In this document: positions 37,273-46,501 of the stretch, one piece after another
Numbering within the stretch: the stretch's first letter is position 1
Layout of the letters: the number at the start of each line of letters is the position of its first letter
DNA from: Myxococcota bacterium
GTDB taxonomy: Bacteria > Myxococcota_A > Polyangia > Nannocystales > Nannocystaceae
DNA: 64,000 nt
Direction: 5' to 3'
Assembly (NCBI GenBank): GCA_039028615.1
Contig: JBCCHT010000004.1
Coordinates: 192,001-256,000, forward strand
The notes under the pieces: model-generated
What the model was told of the DNA's origin: nothing
Databases searched by the model: none
Seen by the model: only the letters and a program-made list of their open reading frames with translations
Made by a program: the position numbers and the translations under genes

Positions 37273-39171
37273 ATGTCGCCCCTGGATCCCGGTCGCCTCC
37301 GCCTGGCCCTGTTGGTCCTGCTCACCGCCCTGACCGCGTGTGCCCTGCCTCGCCGCGCCCACGCCAAGCCACCGACTCCCATCACGTATCGCCTCGAGAT
37401 CCCCGATCCGCATCGGCAATACGTGCACGTGACCATGGAGCTGTCGCCCGCCCGCGGCAAGCACTCGACCTTGGCCATGCCCGCGTGGACTCCCGGGTCG
37501 TATCTGGTGCGCGACCACGCTCGCCACGTCTACGACGTGCGGGCGACCGATCGAAAGGGCGCGGCGCTGCGGGTCGAGCACACCGACAAGCAGAGCTGGA
37601 CCGTGCACCACGGCGGCCGCCCCTTCACCGTTCGCTACCGGGTGTTCGCCAACGAGGCCAGCGTGCGCACCAGCCACGTCGACGATCGCCACGCGAGCCT
37701 GATGGGCACCAGCATCTTTCTGTACGTCGTGGGCGAGCTGTCCCGCGGCGCCCATGTCGACATCACCTTGCCGCCGAAGTGGTCGGCCCATACCGCGCTG
37801 GCTCCGGCCGAGCACTCCGCCGACGGGCACGCCGTGTTCTCGGCGCCCGACTACGACACCCTGGTCGACTCGCCGATCGAGCTGGGGACGCCCACCATCG
37901 CGACCTTCACCGTCGACGACACTCACTTCGAGTACGTGCTCACGGGAGCCGAAGGCACGAAGATCGACCTGGACCGGCTCAGCAAAGAGGCCGAGCAGAT
38001 CGCCCGAGCCCAGTCCGCCCTCATGGCGGGCCTGCCCATGCCGCGCTACCTGTTCCTGATGCGGGTGTCCCCGGTCGGTGGCGGCGGCCTCGAGCACGCC
38101 ACCAGCACCTCGATGATGATGTCCCGCGCCTCCTTCGACACGAGCGCGGGCTACAAGCGAGCGACGCGACTGGCCGCCCACGAGATGTTCCACCTGTGGA
38201 ACGTCAAGCGCATCCACGACCGTGTGCTCGGGCCCTTCGACTACTCCCGCGAGAACCACACGAAGCTGCTGTGGTTCCACGAGGGCTTCACCGAGACCAT
38301 GGAGGGGCTGAGCCTGGTGCGGGCCGGGATCGTCGAGCCGTCCGAGCACGTCGCGTCGCTGGGCAAACGCTGGACCACCTACCTCGGCAAGGCGGGGCGT
38401 AACCACGATCCCATCGAAGACATCAGCTTCGACGCCTGGACCAAGGCCTATCAGCCCTCCGCCAACCATCCCAACGTCTCCATCAGCTACTACGAAAAGG
38501 GCGACTTCATCGGGATCGTCCTCGACATCGAGCTGCGGCTGCGCTCGGCCAAAAACGGCCGGTCGGGGTCGGTGCCGGGGCTCTTTCGTCGGCTCATGGC
38601 CAGCCACGGCGCCTCCAATACCGGCATCACCCACGCGGACATCGTCGCGGCGGCGACCGCCGAGGCCGGGGAGCCCATGGATTGGTTCTTCGAGCGCTAC
38701 GTGCAGGGCACCGAGGAGATCCCACTCGAGACCCTGCTGCCGCAGATCGGCGTGAAGGTGGAGCAGAGCGCGGTGTGGCTCGACGACGACGGCAAGCTGC
38801 TGCCCGAGCTCACCCCGGCCCAGCGCCTCGCTCGCATCCACATCGGCCTCAAGCTCGACTCCGGGGCGACGGTCCGCAATGTGGAGCCCGGATCACCGGC
38901 CGATGGTGCCGGGCTCATGCGCGACGACCAGATCATCGCGGTGGCGGGTCGACGCACCGACGACCGCCGAACGGTCAACGTTCGGCTGGGCGAGCACGAC
39001 CCCGGGCAGCAGGTCGAGCTGTCGCTGTTCCGAGCTGGCCGCCTGCTACACCGCACGGTGACGCTGGCCGAGAACCCGCGGCGGACGTATCGCTTCTCGC
39101 TGCTGCCCACCGAGGAACTCAGCCCGGTGGTCGCCAAGCTGCGCGACGAGTGGCTCGCCGTGCTGCCCTAG
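37273..39171 (+). CDS. M61-family glycyl aminopeptidase with PDZ domain
   Basis: 'MPAWTPGSY', 'GGGLEH', 'HEMFHLWN', 'LWFHEGFT', 'YYEKG', PDZ 'GSPA..AGL'. Confidence 0.92.
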   Translation: MSPLDPGRLRLALLVLLTALTACALPRRAHAKPPTPITYRLEIPDPHRQYVHVTMELSPARGKHSTLAMPAWTPGSYLVRDHARHVYDVRATDRKGAALRVEHTDKQSWTVHHGGRPFTVRYRVFANEASVRTSHVDDRHASLMGTSIFLYVVGELSRGAHVDITLPPKWSAHTALAPAEHSADGHAVFSAPDYDTLVDSPIELGTPTIATFTVDDTHFEYVLTGAEGTKIDLDRLSKEAEQIARAQSALMAGLPMPRYLFLMRVSPVGGGGLEHATSTSMMMSRASFDTSAGYKRATRLAAHEMFHLWNVKRIHDRVLGPFDYSRENHTKLLWFHEGFTETMEGLSLVRAGIVEPSEHVASLGKRWTTYLGKAGRNHDPIEDISFDAWTKAYQPSANHPNVSISYYEKGDFIGIVLDIELRLRSAKNGRSGSVPGLFRRLMASHGASNTGITHADIVAAATAEAGEPMDWFFERYVQGTEEIPLETLLPQIGVKVEQSAVWLDDDGKLLPELTPAQRLARIHIGLKLDSGATVRNVEPGSPADGAGLMRDDQIIAVAGRRTDDRRTVNVRLGEHDPGQQVELSLFRAGRLLHRTVTLAENPRRTYRFSLLPTEELSPVVAKLRDEWLAVLP

Positions 39172-39189
39172 AACGCTCGTTGGCGTGGT

Positions 39190-40086
39190 TCAGCGCGAGG
39201 GTGCCTGCTCTTCGGCGGCGGGCAAGTCGGGCTCGAAGCCCGGGTCGGACTCCTCGTTGGGCAAGAACGAGGGCGGGTGCATGGTGCGAGCCCGACGGGA
39301 CAGCTGCCCCCACACGAGCGAGACCACCGTCCACGAGGTCGGCATCAACGCCATGAACTCGGGCAACACGCGGCCGAAGCCACACACGACGCCGGCCACC
39401 GCGTTGCTCACCACGAAGATCGTCAGCGCCTTGCTGCGGAGCCGGCCGAGCTTGGGCGTGGGCAGGTTGGACGCCATGAGGAAGGCGCCGACCAGCATCG
39501 CGGCGGGCATGTAGCCCCACACCGACATGGGGATCACCAGGTCGCCCAGCAGCCGCGGCCCTCGCATGAGCGCAGCCTGGCCCGTGGTCGTACCCAGCGG
39601 CGTGTACTGGAGGAACACCAGGTACCAGATGACCAGCGCGCCCGCGGCCAGCGTGGTCGGCACCCCGAAGAACATGTTGTTGGCCGTCGACGCGTCCTCG
39701 GTGATGACGTTGAATTTCGCCAGGCGAAACACGTTCGCCAACACCCAGACCGCACACGAGCCGAGCAGCAGAGTTCGCCCCACCCCCGCATCGAGGCCGA
39801 GCTCGGGGACCGCGCTGAGCGTGCAGTACATCAGCACCGCGGGCGCGACCCCGAAGTTGATCGCGTCGGCGAACGAGTCCATCTGCACGCCGAAGTTGCT
39901 CGTGGCCTTGAGCAGCCGCGCGACCATGCCGTCGATGCGGTCGACCAGCACCGCCCAGACGATGAGCCAGCCCGCGTCGGCGAAGCGCCCTTCGAAGCTC
40001 GCGACGATCGACAACAGCCCGAACAAGATTCCCGCCGAGGTGACGAGGTTCGGTGCCAGATAACGAAGCAAGCGTAGCGCGGGCAT
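39190..40086 (-). CDS. pssA: CDP-diacylglycerol--serine O-phosphatidyltransferase
   Basis: 'PNLVT', 'DRIDGMVAR...S.FG.QMDSFADAINFGVAPA', 'RLAKFN', 'FFGVP'. Confidence 0.8.
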   Translation of the reverse strand: MPALRLLRYLAPNLVTSAGILFGLLSIVASFEGRFADAGWLIVWAVLVDRIDGMVARLLKATSNFGVQMDSFADAINFGVAPAVLMYCTLSAVPELGLDAGVGRTLLLGSCAVWVLANVFRLAKFNVITEDASTANNMFFGVPTTLAAGALVIWYLVFLQYTPLGTTTGQAALMRGPRLLGDLVIPMSVWGYMPAAMLVGAFLMASNLPTPKLGRLRSKALTIFVVSNAVAGVVCGFGRVLPEFMALMPTSWTVVSLVWGQLSRRARTMHPPSFLPNEESDPGFEPDLPAAEEQAPSR

Positions 40087-40406
40087 GCGGGCGGCCAGTA
40101 GAGCAGCAACGCCGCCCACAGGGCAACTGGCCGCGGATCGAGGGAGGTTCGACGTCGTCGGGGGACCGGGTGTCGGGGGGTATGGGGCCGCACGACCCCC
40201 GAAGTGGGCGCCGAACGCACGGCCTGCGCACGACCCCGGCAGTGCCCGTTCCGGCCCCGCCTTCGACTCCAGTCATCTCGAATGGCAGCGCCATCGAACG
40301 GGGCCGTGTGCTCACCCCGAGAGTCGGCGCACGGTGCTGCGGGGACCGCACCTGCGGGGATCCACGTCGTAGCGCGATGCCCCGCCGACCAGGCACCATC
40401 GATGGC

Positions 40407-41216
40407 GTGGACGCCTGCATCCGAGAGCCAGCCGTCGCCGGACGCTTCTATCCCGGACATCACGAGTCGTTGCGGGCCGAGCTGCAGGGCTTCATGCCGG
40501 ACGATGTCGATCCGCAGCTGACGATCGCGATGGTCGGACCGCACGCGGGCTACATGTACTGCGGGTCGATCCTCGGGGAGACCTACGCCCGCACCGTGGT
40601 GCCGCCGCGGGTGATCCTGTTGTGCCCCAATCACACCGGACGGGGTGTCGCTCGCTCGTTGTGGCCGAGCGGCGGGTGGCGCCTGCCCAGCGGTACGGTG
40701 CCCGTCGACGACGATCTGGTCGCGGCCGTCGAGCGTCACTGCGGCGCCACGCCGGATCAGGCGGCGCACCTGGGCGAGCACGCGATCGAAGTCCACCTGC
40801 CCTTCGCCCACGCCTACCAGCCGGACCTTCGAATCGCCGCGCTGTGCCTGGCCGGCCTCGACGTGGATGCCTGCGAAGTCGTGGGACGAGGACTCGCCCG
40901 GGTCGTCACCGAGAGCCCCGAGCCGGTCCTGCTCATCGCCAGCACGGACATGTCCCATTTCCTGTCCGCGTCCGAGGCCTCCCATGTCGATCACCTCGCC
41001 ATCGATCGCGTGACCGCCCTCGATCCGAGCGGCTTGTTCCGCACCGTTCGCGACCATCGAATCTCCATGTGCGGGGTCATTCCCACCACCGTTGCTCTGT
41101 TCGCGGCACGAGCTCTCGGTGCTCGCGAGGCGCAGCTCGTTCGCTATGGTCATTCGGGCCAAGTCAGCGGCGACCACGATCGCGTCGTCGGCTACGCGGG
41201 CTTCCGCGTGTACTGA
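40407..41216 (+). CDS. amrB: MEMO1-family protein (AmmeMemoRadiSam protein B)
   Basis: 'R.PAVAGRFYP', 'PHAGY.Y', 'PNH', 'EHAIEV.LPF', 'STDMSH', 'SMCG', 'VVGYA'. Confidence 0.9.
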   Translation: MDACIREPAVAGRFYPGHHESLRAELQGFMPDDVDPQLTIAMVGPHAGYMYCGSILGETYARTVVPPRVILLCPNHTGRGVARSLWPSGGWRLPSGTVPVDDDLVAAVERHCGATPDQAAHLGEHAIEVHLPFAHAYQPDLRIAALCLAGLDVDACEVVGRGLARVVTESPEPVLLIASTDMSHFLSASEASHVDHLAIDRVTALDPSGLFRTVRDHRISMCGVIPTTVALFAARALGAREAQLVRYGHSGQVSGDHDRVVGYAGFRVY

Positions 41217-41326
41217 CCTCATCCCACCCCGCGCCAGAACATTGATTGCCCCTGGCGCCGACCGTGATTTCACGGCGCGGTGAAACAATCGTTACGCCAT
41301 TTGCGCGCGCTGGATATGATCGGAGC

Positions 41327-41938
41327 GTGGGTCGGGGGAATTCGGGGGACGACGAGCAGGGAGACGGGCCGCTCGAACAACAGGTCAAGGGGCTCACCTT
41401 CCTCACCGCACGCAAACACTTCATCGCGCAACTGGGTGAAGAGGGATTCGGCGAACTCATCGGTCCGCTGGACGACGAGCTGTGCTCCTTGTTCGTCGAT
41501 GCCGAGCTCAACGGTTGGTACCCCGAGTCTCAGCTGCGCACGTTCATCTACCGCGTCCACAGCCACCTCGCGCAGGGTGACGACGAGCGCTTCATGGAGA
41601 TCGCACGCGACCTGGCGCTGGCCGGGATCAGCCGGTTCTTCCGCATGCTCATGAACCTCGCCTCCGCGCGCTTCGTGCTACGCAAGGTCCCCGTCGTCTG
41701 GACCCGATTGCGACGCGGCCCCGCCACCCTCGAAGCCGAGGTCACCGACGACGGTCGCGTGCTCGTCCACTACCGCGACTACTGCTACAGCGACGACCCC
41801 GTGTACCGCTTGCTCTCCGTCGCCAACTGCCAGGCCCTGGTCGTCGCCGCGACCGGCAAGGTCCCCGTCAGCGAAGTCGCCACCTTCGACGCCACCAGCA
41901 TGACTTTGTCCTTCGTCCTCCCCCAAAAGGGCGCCTAG
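41327..41938 (+). CDS. Myxobacterial DUF2378/TIGR02265-like hypothetical protein
   Basis: 'VKG..F...' then 'WYP'. Start is uncertain (ORF open from 41246). Confidence 0.55.
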   Translation: MGRGNSGDDEQGDGPLEQQVKGLTFLTARKHFIAQLGEEGFGELIGPLDDELCSLFVDAELNGWYPESQLRTFIYRVHSHLAQGDDERFMEIARDLALAGISRFFRMLMNLASARFVLRKVPVVWTRLRRGPATLEAEVTDDGRVLVHYRDYCYSDDPVYRLLSVANCQALVVAATGKVPVSEVATFDATSMTLSFVLPQKGA

Positions 41939-42036
41939 AGCTGCTCTCGGCACCCGCACGCGGCTCATCGCCCGTCGCCAAGGGGTCCGCACTCGGCACG
42001 TCTCGCACCGACCCTGCGTGCTACGTTCCTTGCCAC

Positions 42037-42255
42037 GTGGAGCCGCTCGACCCCATGGATCTGACCTTCGAATCCTTCGAAGCACACGAGCGCACCCGGG
42101 GCGGCCCTGCCCGACGGGCCGCGATCGAGGCCGGCATCGATCCAACCGTCGTCGACTACAACCTCACGCTGACCCCGGAGCAACGCCTCGCCCAGCACGA
42201 CGCGATGCTCCGCCTCCTGCTTCACGCCCGAGCCGTGGTAGGCGGTCGGGGCTAG
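42037..42255 (+). CDS. Small hypothetical protein with an LTPEQRL motif
   Basis: 'GIDPTVVDYNLTLTPEQRL'; fills the gap between 41938 and the convergent phosphatase gene. Confidence 0.55.
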   Translation: MEPLDPMDLTFESFEAHERTRGGPARRAAIEAGIDPTVVDYNLTLTPEQRLAQHDAMLRLLLHARAVVGGRG

Positions 42256-42776
42256 GTCTCGCGGGCGAGGACCGACTCGAGGATGGCTTCGCAGCCGGCT
42301 TTGATCAGCTCGTAGGCGGCGGCGTAGTTCTCTGGGCCGCCGCGGACGGGATCGGGGACGTCGGCATCGCGTCCCTTGGCCTTGGGATCGACGAAGTGCC
42401 GCAGCAGGGTGACGCGGGCCTTGCCGCCGACGACGGGACCGAAGGCGGAGATCCGACGCAGGCGCTCGACGTCGGCGAGGTTGCGCCGATCCATGACGAC
42501 GATGTCGGCGAAGCGATCGAGGTCGTCGGGCGAGATGGAGCGCGAGCCGGTCCCCAGCAGGGCAGCATCGATGCCATGCTGACGAGCGACTTCGACGCTC
42601 AGGTAGTGCGGCGCGACGCCGTCGGCCGCCCAAGCCCCGGCGCTGTCGATGTCGAAGCGATCGGCGAGGCCCCGCTGCTGTACGAGGTGGCGGAAGATGC
42701 CCTCGGCGAGCGGGGAGCGGCACATGTTGGCGTGACACACGAAGAGCACGCCGTGGCGACGAGCGCCTTCGGTCAT
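42252..42776 (-). CDS. Low-molecular-weight protein-tyrosine phosphatase
   Basis: P-loop 'VCHANMCRSP', 'IDSAG', 'VMD', 'VPDP'. Confidence 0.92.
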   Translation of the reverse strand: MTEGARRHGVLFVCHANMCRSPLAEGIFRHLVQQRGLADRFDIDSAGAWAADGVAPHYLSVEVARQHGIDAALLGTGSRSISPDDLDRFADIVVMDRRNLADVERLRRISAFGPVVGGKARVTLLRHFVDPKAKGRDADVPDPVRGGPENYAAAYELIKAGCEAILESVLARET

Positions 42777-43600
42777 TTCAGCAGAGCCCGTACGTCGGGA
42801 TCATCCTTGAGAATCTCCCACATGGGGTCGAACTCGATCTGCTGAATCAGACGCTTGCCTCGCCGACGCTTGCGGGTCTCGGCGAGCCACTTCTTGGCCT
42901 CCTCGAGCTCGCCCAGCACGGCCGCCTGCTTGGCGAGGTTGAAGGCCGGCAGGGCGTACTTGTCGTTCTTCTCCGCGGCCCACTCGAAGAAGACCTTGGC
43001 GCGATCGGGGGTGGCGTGCAGGTACTGGCCGCGGGCGTTGGCTGCCTCGGCGAGCTCTTCGGCTTCGGCCCCGAGTTCCTCCGCCTCGGCCAGGGCCGCG
43101 AGGGCACGCGCGTCCTTGGTTCGGCGACGCTTGATCTCTTTGATCAGCGCATCCCAGTTGGGACCCCCGGTGCTCTCGCCTCCACCCGTAGCCGGACCAC
43201 CGGTGCCGCCCTCGGTTGCGGCGGCGCCCGTCGCTCCGCCCGTGGCCGGTCCACCCGTCGGCGCACCGCCCGTCGCTGCTCCACCCGTGCCGCCGCCAGT
43301 CGCCGGCGCGGCTTCGGTGGCGGCGGCAGCGGCTCCACTGCTGCCCGCCGCGGGACCTCCCGACGCAGCTGGCGTGCCCGTCTCGGCTTTACCCCCCTCC
43401 ATCGATCCGTCGGCGGCAGCGGGTCCGTTGGCGGGCAACGTGCCATCGGCTTTGCCGTCATCGGCCGAGACCGGTGTTTTGGCCTCGGTCTTGCCGGTCG
43501 TGGCCGGCTTGGACGACGAACCGCCACAGGCGGCGGGCATGGTGAGGAGCGCAAAGGTGACGAGCACCTCGGGCATCGCAGCGAGTCGAGGGATCCGCAT
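42773..43600 (-). CDS. Lipoprotein with Gly/Ala/Thr linker and C-terminal TPR
   Basis: 'PAAC' lipobox and 'PAFNLAKQAAVLG..EEA..WL...FDP'. Overlaps the phosphatase start (ATGA). Confidence 0.7.
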   Translation of the reverse strand: MRIPRLAAMPEVLVTFALLTMPAACGGSSSKPATTGKTEAKTPVSADDGKADGTLPANGPAAADGSMEGGKAETGTPAASGGPAAGSSGAAAAATEAAPATGGGTGGAATGGAPTGGPATGGATGAAATEGGTGGPATGGGESTGGPNWDALIKEIKRRRTKDARALAALAEAEELGAEAEELAEAANARGQYLHATPDRAKVFFEWAAEKNDKYALPAFNLAKQAAVLGELEEAKKWLAETRKRRRGKRLIQQIEFDPMWEILKDDPDVRALLK

Positions 43601-43737
43601 GGGCGACGATGCTACCCGAAAGCGAGAAACGACTCATCACTCCGGCGCCAATCCGCGCGTCGATTCGGGCCAGCGATCCGGTGCGAGCGCCGCTTTCATG
43701 CCGGCCGCCCGGCTGTCTATGGCCGTCGAGTTGACGT

Positions 43738-45096
43738 ATGCTCGGCGCGAGCATGGGCCTGTCTTCATCTGTTGCCATCGCCCTCACGACACTGCTGTAC
43801 AGCGCTCCCGAGCCTGCTGAGGAGGCAAAGGTCAAGGAGATCTTCGACGAGTGGTGCACCTCGTGCCACTCCGGCGGAGGGAATCCGGCCTCGGATCCCG
43901 GCGCCCTCGACCTCGACGTACCGCTGTCCAGTCTCGTGGGGATCCCATCGGCCGCCAACGGCAAACAACTGGTGGTCCCCGGTGACCCCGATGCCTCGTA
44001 CCTCCTCGTCAAGATGCGAGGCGGCGAGGGCATGGAGGGTGACATCATGCCGCTCGGCGACGACCCGCTGCCACCCGAGCAGCTGAAAGTGGTCGCCGAC
44101 TGGATCTCCTCGCTCCCGCCCCCGGTCACCGATCCGGGCAACGGCGACGACAACGGCGGCGAGGAGACGCCACCGCCTCCGCCGAAGAAGGGGACCAAGC
44201 CCTTCCACGGCACCACCCAGATCTCGCTGCCCACCACGACCACGCTGGGCAAGCGCACGCTGCAGTACCGCATCGACCACCGCTTCGGTCGCATCGGCAC
44301 CGAGCGCGGAGCCTTCGGCCTCGATGCCGGCGTGCAGATGGCCATGGGCCTGCAGTACGGCATCTTCGACGGCTGGGACGTGATGCTGCGCCGCGCCAAC
44401 TCCCGCAAGACCTGGGAGCTCGGCACCAAGTACATCCCCATCCGCCAGGAAGACGGCCACGCCTTCAGCGTCGGCGGTTACGCGGCGCTGTCGTTCCTGC
44501 GGGACTTCGACGTCGCGAACCCGTGGGTCGGCGACTTCCAGGCGATGATCAGCCACCTGTGGTTCGACCGGTGGAGCACGATGTTCGTCATCGGCTACCA
44601 CCTCAACACGAACCACGACACGCGGGTGAACGTGGACTTCGGCGACGGCAACCCCGTCCCGGTCAACGACCGCCGCGACACCATGACGATGGGCCTGGCG
44701 TCCACCGTGTGGGTCGACAAGAAGAAGAAGTGGGGCATCGACTTCCAGTACGTGCTGCCGATCCCCGACGGCTCCAGCCCGAACGTCTTCTACTACCGGG
44801 GCGGCGACGCGGACCCCAACGGCTTCTCCATCGGCTCGTGGGGCCTGGGCGGCTCGCTCAAGACGGCCAAGCACGTCTTCCAGGTGTTCTTCACCAACAA
44901 CCGGGAAATCGCGACCAACCTGTACGCGCCCGGTGGCCAGAGCGGCAACCCGTTCTCGACCCCCGGGGTCGACAGCAGCAACCCCTTCCACAAGTTCAAC
45001 TTCTTCTTGGGCTTCAACCTCGAACGCCGCTTTTCGATCAAGGCTCCCAAGAGCCGCAAGAAGAAAGCGGAAGCGAAAGCAGGAGGTGCATCGTGA
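43738..45096 (+). CDS. Monoheme cytochrome c fused to a DUF5777 beta-barrel
   Basis: 'CTSCH...VVPGDPDASYL..K...MP...V..WI' heme domain. 'HRFG...FGLD...YG' and 'HVFQVFFTN' are DUF5777-like. Confidence 0.75.
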   Translation: MLGASMGLSSSVAIALTTLLYSAPEPAEEAKVKEIFDEWCTSCHSGGGNPASDPGALDLDVPLSSLVGIPSAANGKQLVVPGDPDASYLLVKMRGGEGMEGDIMPLGDDPLPPEQLKVVADWISSLPPPVTDPGNGDDNGGEETPPPPPKKGTKPFHGTTQISLPTTTTLGKRTLQYRIDHRFGRIGTERGAFGLDAGVQMAMGLQYGIFDGWDVMLRRANSRKTWELGTKYIPIRQEDGHAFSVGGYAALSFLRDFDVANPWVGDFQAMISHLWFDRWSTMFVIGYHLNTNHDTRVNVDFGDGNPVPVNDRRDTMTMGLASTVWVDKKKKWGIDFQYVLPIPDGSSPNVFYYRGGDADPNGFSIGSWGLGGSLKTAKHVFQVFFTNNREIATNLYAPGGQSGNPFSTPGVDSSNPFHKFNFFLGFNLERRFSIKAPKSRKKKAEAKAGGAS

Positions 45097-45998
45097 GCAC
45101 CATGACTCGCACCACCCTCACCGGCCTCGCGAGCCTGGGCCTGCTGCTCGGCGCCAGCGCCTGCAACGAACTCGAGCGGCTCGATGACGGCGGCTCGGGC
45201 GAGGCGGCGATCCCCGACGAGGTCCAGCGGGTCTTCGACGACGGCTGCGCCATCGCGGGCTGCCACGACGCCAACTCGCGCCAGGCGGGGCTCGACCTCA
45301 CAGCCGGCGCCGCCGCGGGCATCATCGGCGGCTCCGCGACGCAGTCGTCGTTGCCCATGGTCACGCTGGGCGACGTGCAGGGCAGCTACCTCGCGCACAA
45401 GCTGCTCCCCGAGAGCGAGATCCGGCAGGGCGACCGCATGCCGGTAGGACGCGACTTCAACGACGCCCAGGTCGCCCTCGACAACGCGATCATCCTGGGA
45501 TGGATCGCGGGCGCCGAGCTGCCCGGTGGCGGCGACGACTCGGCCACCGGAGACTCCGGCGGCGAAGAGGAAGGCCAGGCCACGACCGCGGCCGAGGTGG
45601 TCGCCTGCGGCGTCTCGGACGTCGCCCCCATGGCCACCAACCCCTTCGACATCGGCACCGCGGCGGGGCAGATCCCCGAGGACATCGGCGCGGCCCTGAC
45701 CAACAACTGCGGCTGCCACGGGCCCGCCTCCGAGGAGTTCGCCGAGGGCGTCTCGGGCTACTTCGGCCAGCTCAACTTCTCGACCATCGCCGAGTTCCAG
45801 GGCGACTTCATGGGCCGCCCCGCCTACGAGGTGGTGCTCGAGCGCGTGCAGAGCACGGAGTTCAGCCGCATGCCGCCGAGCTACTACTGCGTGCTCGAGG
45901 ACGGGGAGCCCATCACCGCCGCCGACCAGCAGCTGCTCATCGATTGGCTCACGGCCGGAGCGCCCGACGCGGCGACCTGGGATCCCGCGGCCGGCTAA
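45093..45998 (+). CDS. Putative diheme cytochrome c lipoprotein
   Basis: AGGAGG ribosome-binding site, GTGA overlap, lipobox ASAC. 'CAIAGCH...RMP...WIAGA' and 'CGCH...RMPP...WLTAGAP'. Confidence 0.7.
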   Translation: MSTMTRTTLTGLASLGLLLGASACNELERLDDGGSGEAAIPDEVQRVFDDGCAIAGCHDANSRQAGLDLTAGAAAGIIGGSATQSSLPMVTLGDVQGSYLAHKLLPESEIRQGDRMPVGRDFNDAQVALDNAIILGWIAGAELPGGGDDSATGDSGGEEEGQATTAAEVVACGVSDVAPMATNPFDIGTAAGQIPEDIGAALTNNCGCHGPASEEFAEGVSGYFGQLNFSTIAEFQGDFMGRPAYEVVLERVQSTEFSRMPPSYYCVLEDGEPITAADQQLLIDWLTAGAPDAATWDPAAG

Positions 45999-46149
45999 GA
46001 CGCGGTACGATCGTGACCGTCGCAAGGGCGCCATCTCCTCGGGGTTGGCGCCCTTCGTGCGTGATGCATACGGGCGAACGAGGAGCCACACGCGCCCCGC
46101 GGTTGAGCCTCGGCCTTGCTCGGGTATGCTTCCGAGCCGCCCGCACGAC

Positions 46150-46437
46150 ATGAACGACGCCGTCCACCACCGCTTGAACCTCCGTGTCCGTGGCCGCGTA
46201 CAAGGCGTGGGCTACCGCGCCTTCGTCCGCAAACAAGCGCGCGCGCTCGGCCTGCTGGGCTGGGTCCGCAACGAGCAAGACGGCTCGGTCTCGGTCGAGG
46301 TCGAAGGCCCTCGCGAGGACCTGCGCTCGCTCCGAGATCAATGCGACGAGGGCTCGCCCTTCGCCCGCGTCGACCAGGTCGAAGCGATCTGGGACGAGGC
46401 CACCGGGGAGTTCCCGGGCTTCGACATCCGCCTGTAG
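46150..46437 (+). CDS. acyP: Acylphosphatase
   Basis: 'GRVQGVGYR', 'GWVRN..DGSV', 'F.I'. Confidence 0.95.
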   Translation: MNDAVHHRLNLRVRGRVQGVGYRAFVRKQARALGLLGWVRNEQDGSVSVEVEGPREDLRSLRDQCDEGSPFARVDQVEAIWDEATGEFPGFDIRL

Positions 46438-46451
46438 CCCACGAAGCATCC

Positions 46452-46474
46452 CGCCCCGGGCTCTAGCCGGGGCG
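46452..46474. terminator. GC hairpin between convergent acyP and topA
   Basis: CGCCCCGG/CCGGGGCG stem; no clear T tail. Confidence 0.35.
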
Positions 46475-46501
46475 CGTGCATCGAATCGTCGGCCGTGAGG
46501 C

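Noticed and set aside
40407..41216. Complete AmmeMemoRadiSam system
   Set aside because: Only the MEMO-like gene is present; there is no AMMECR1 or radical SAM gene in the window.
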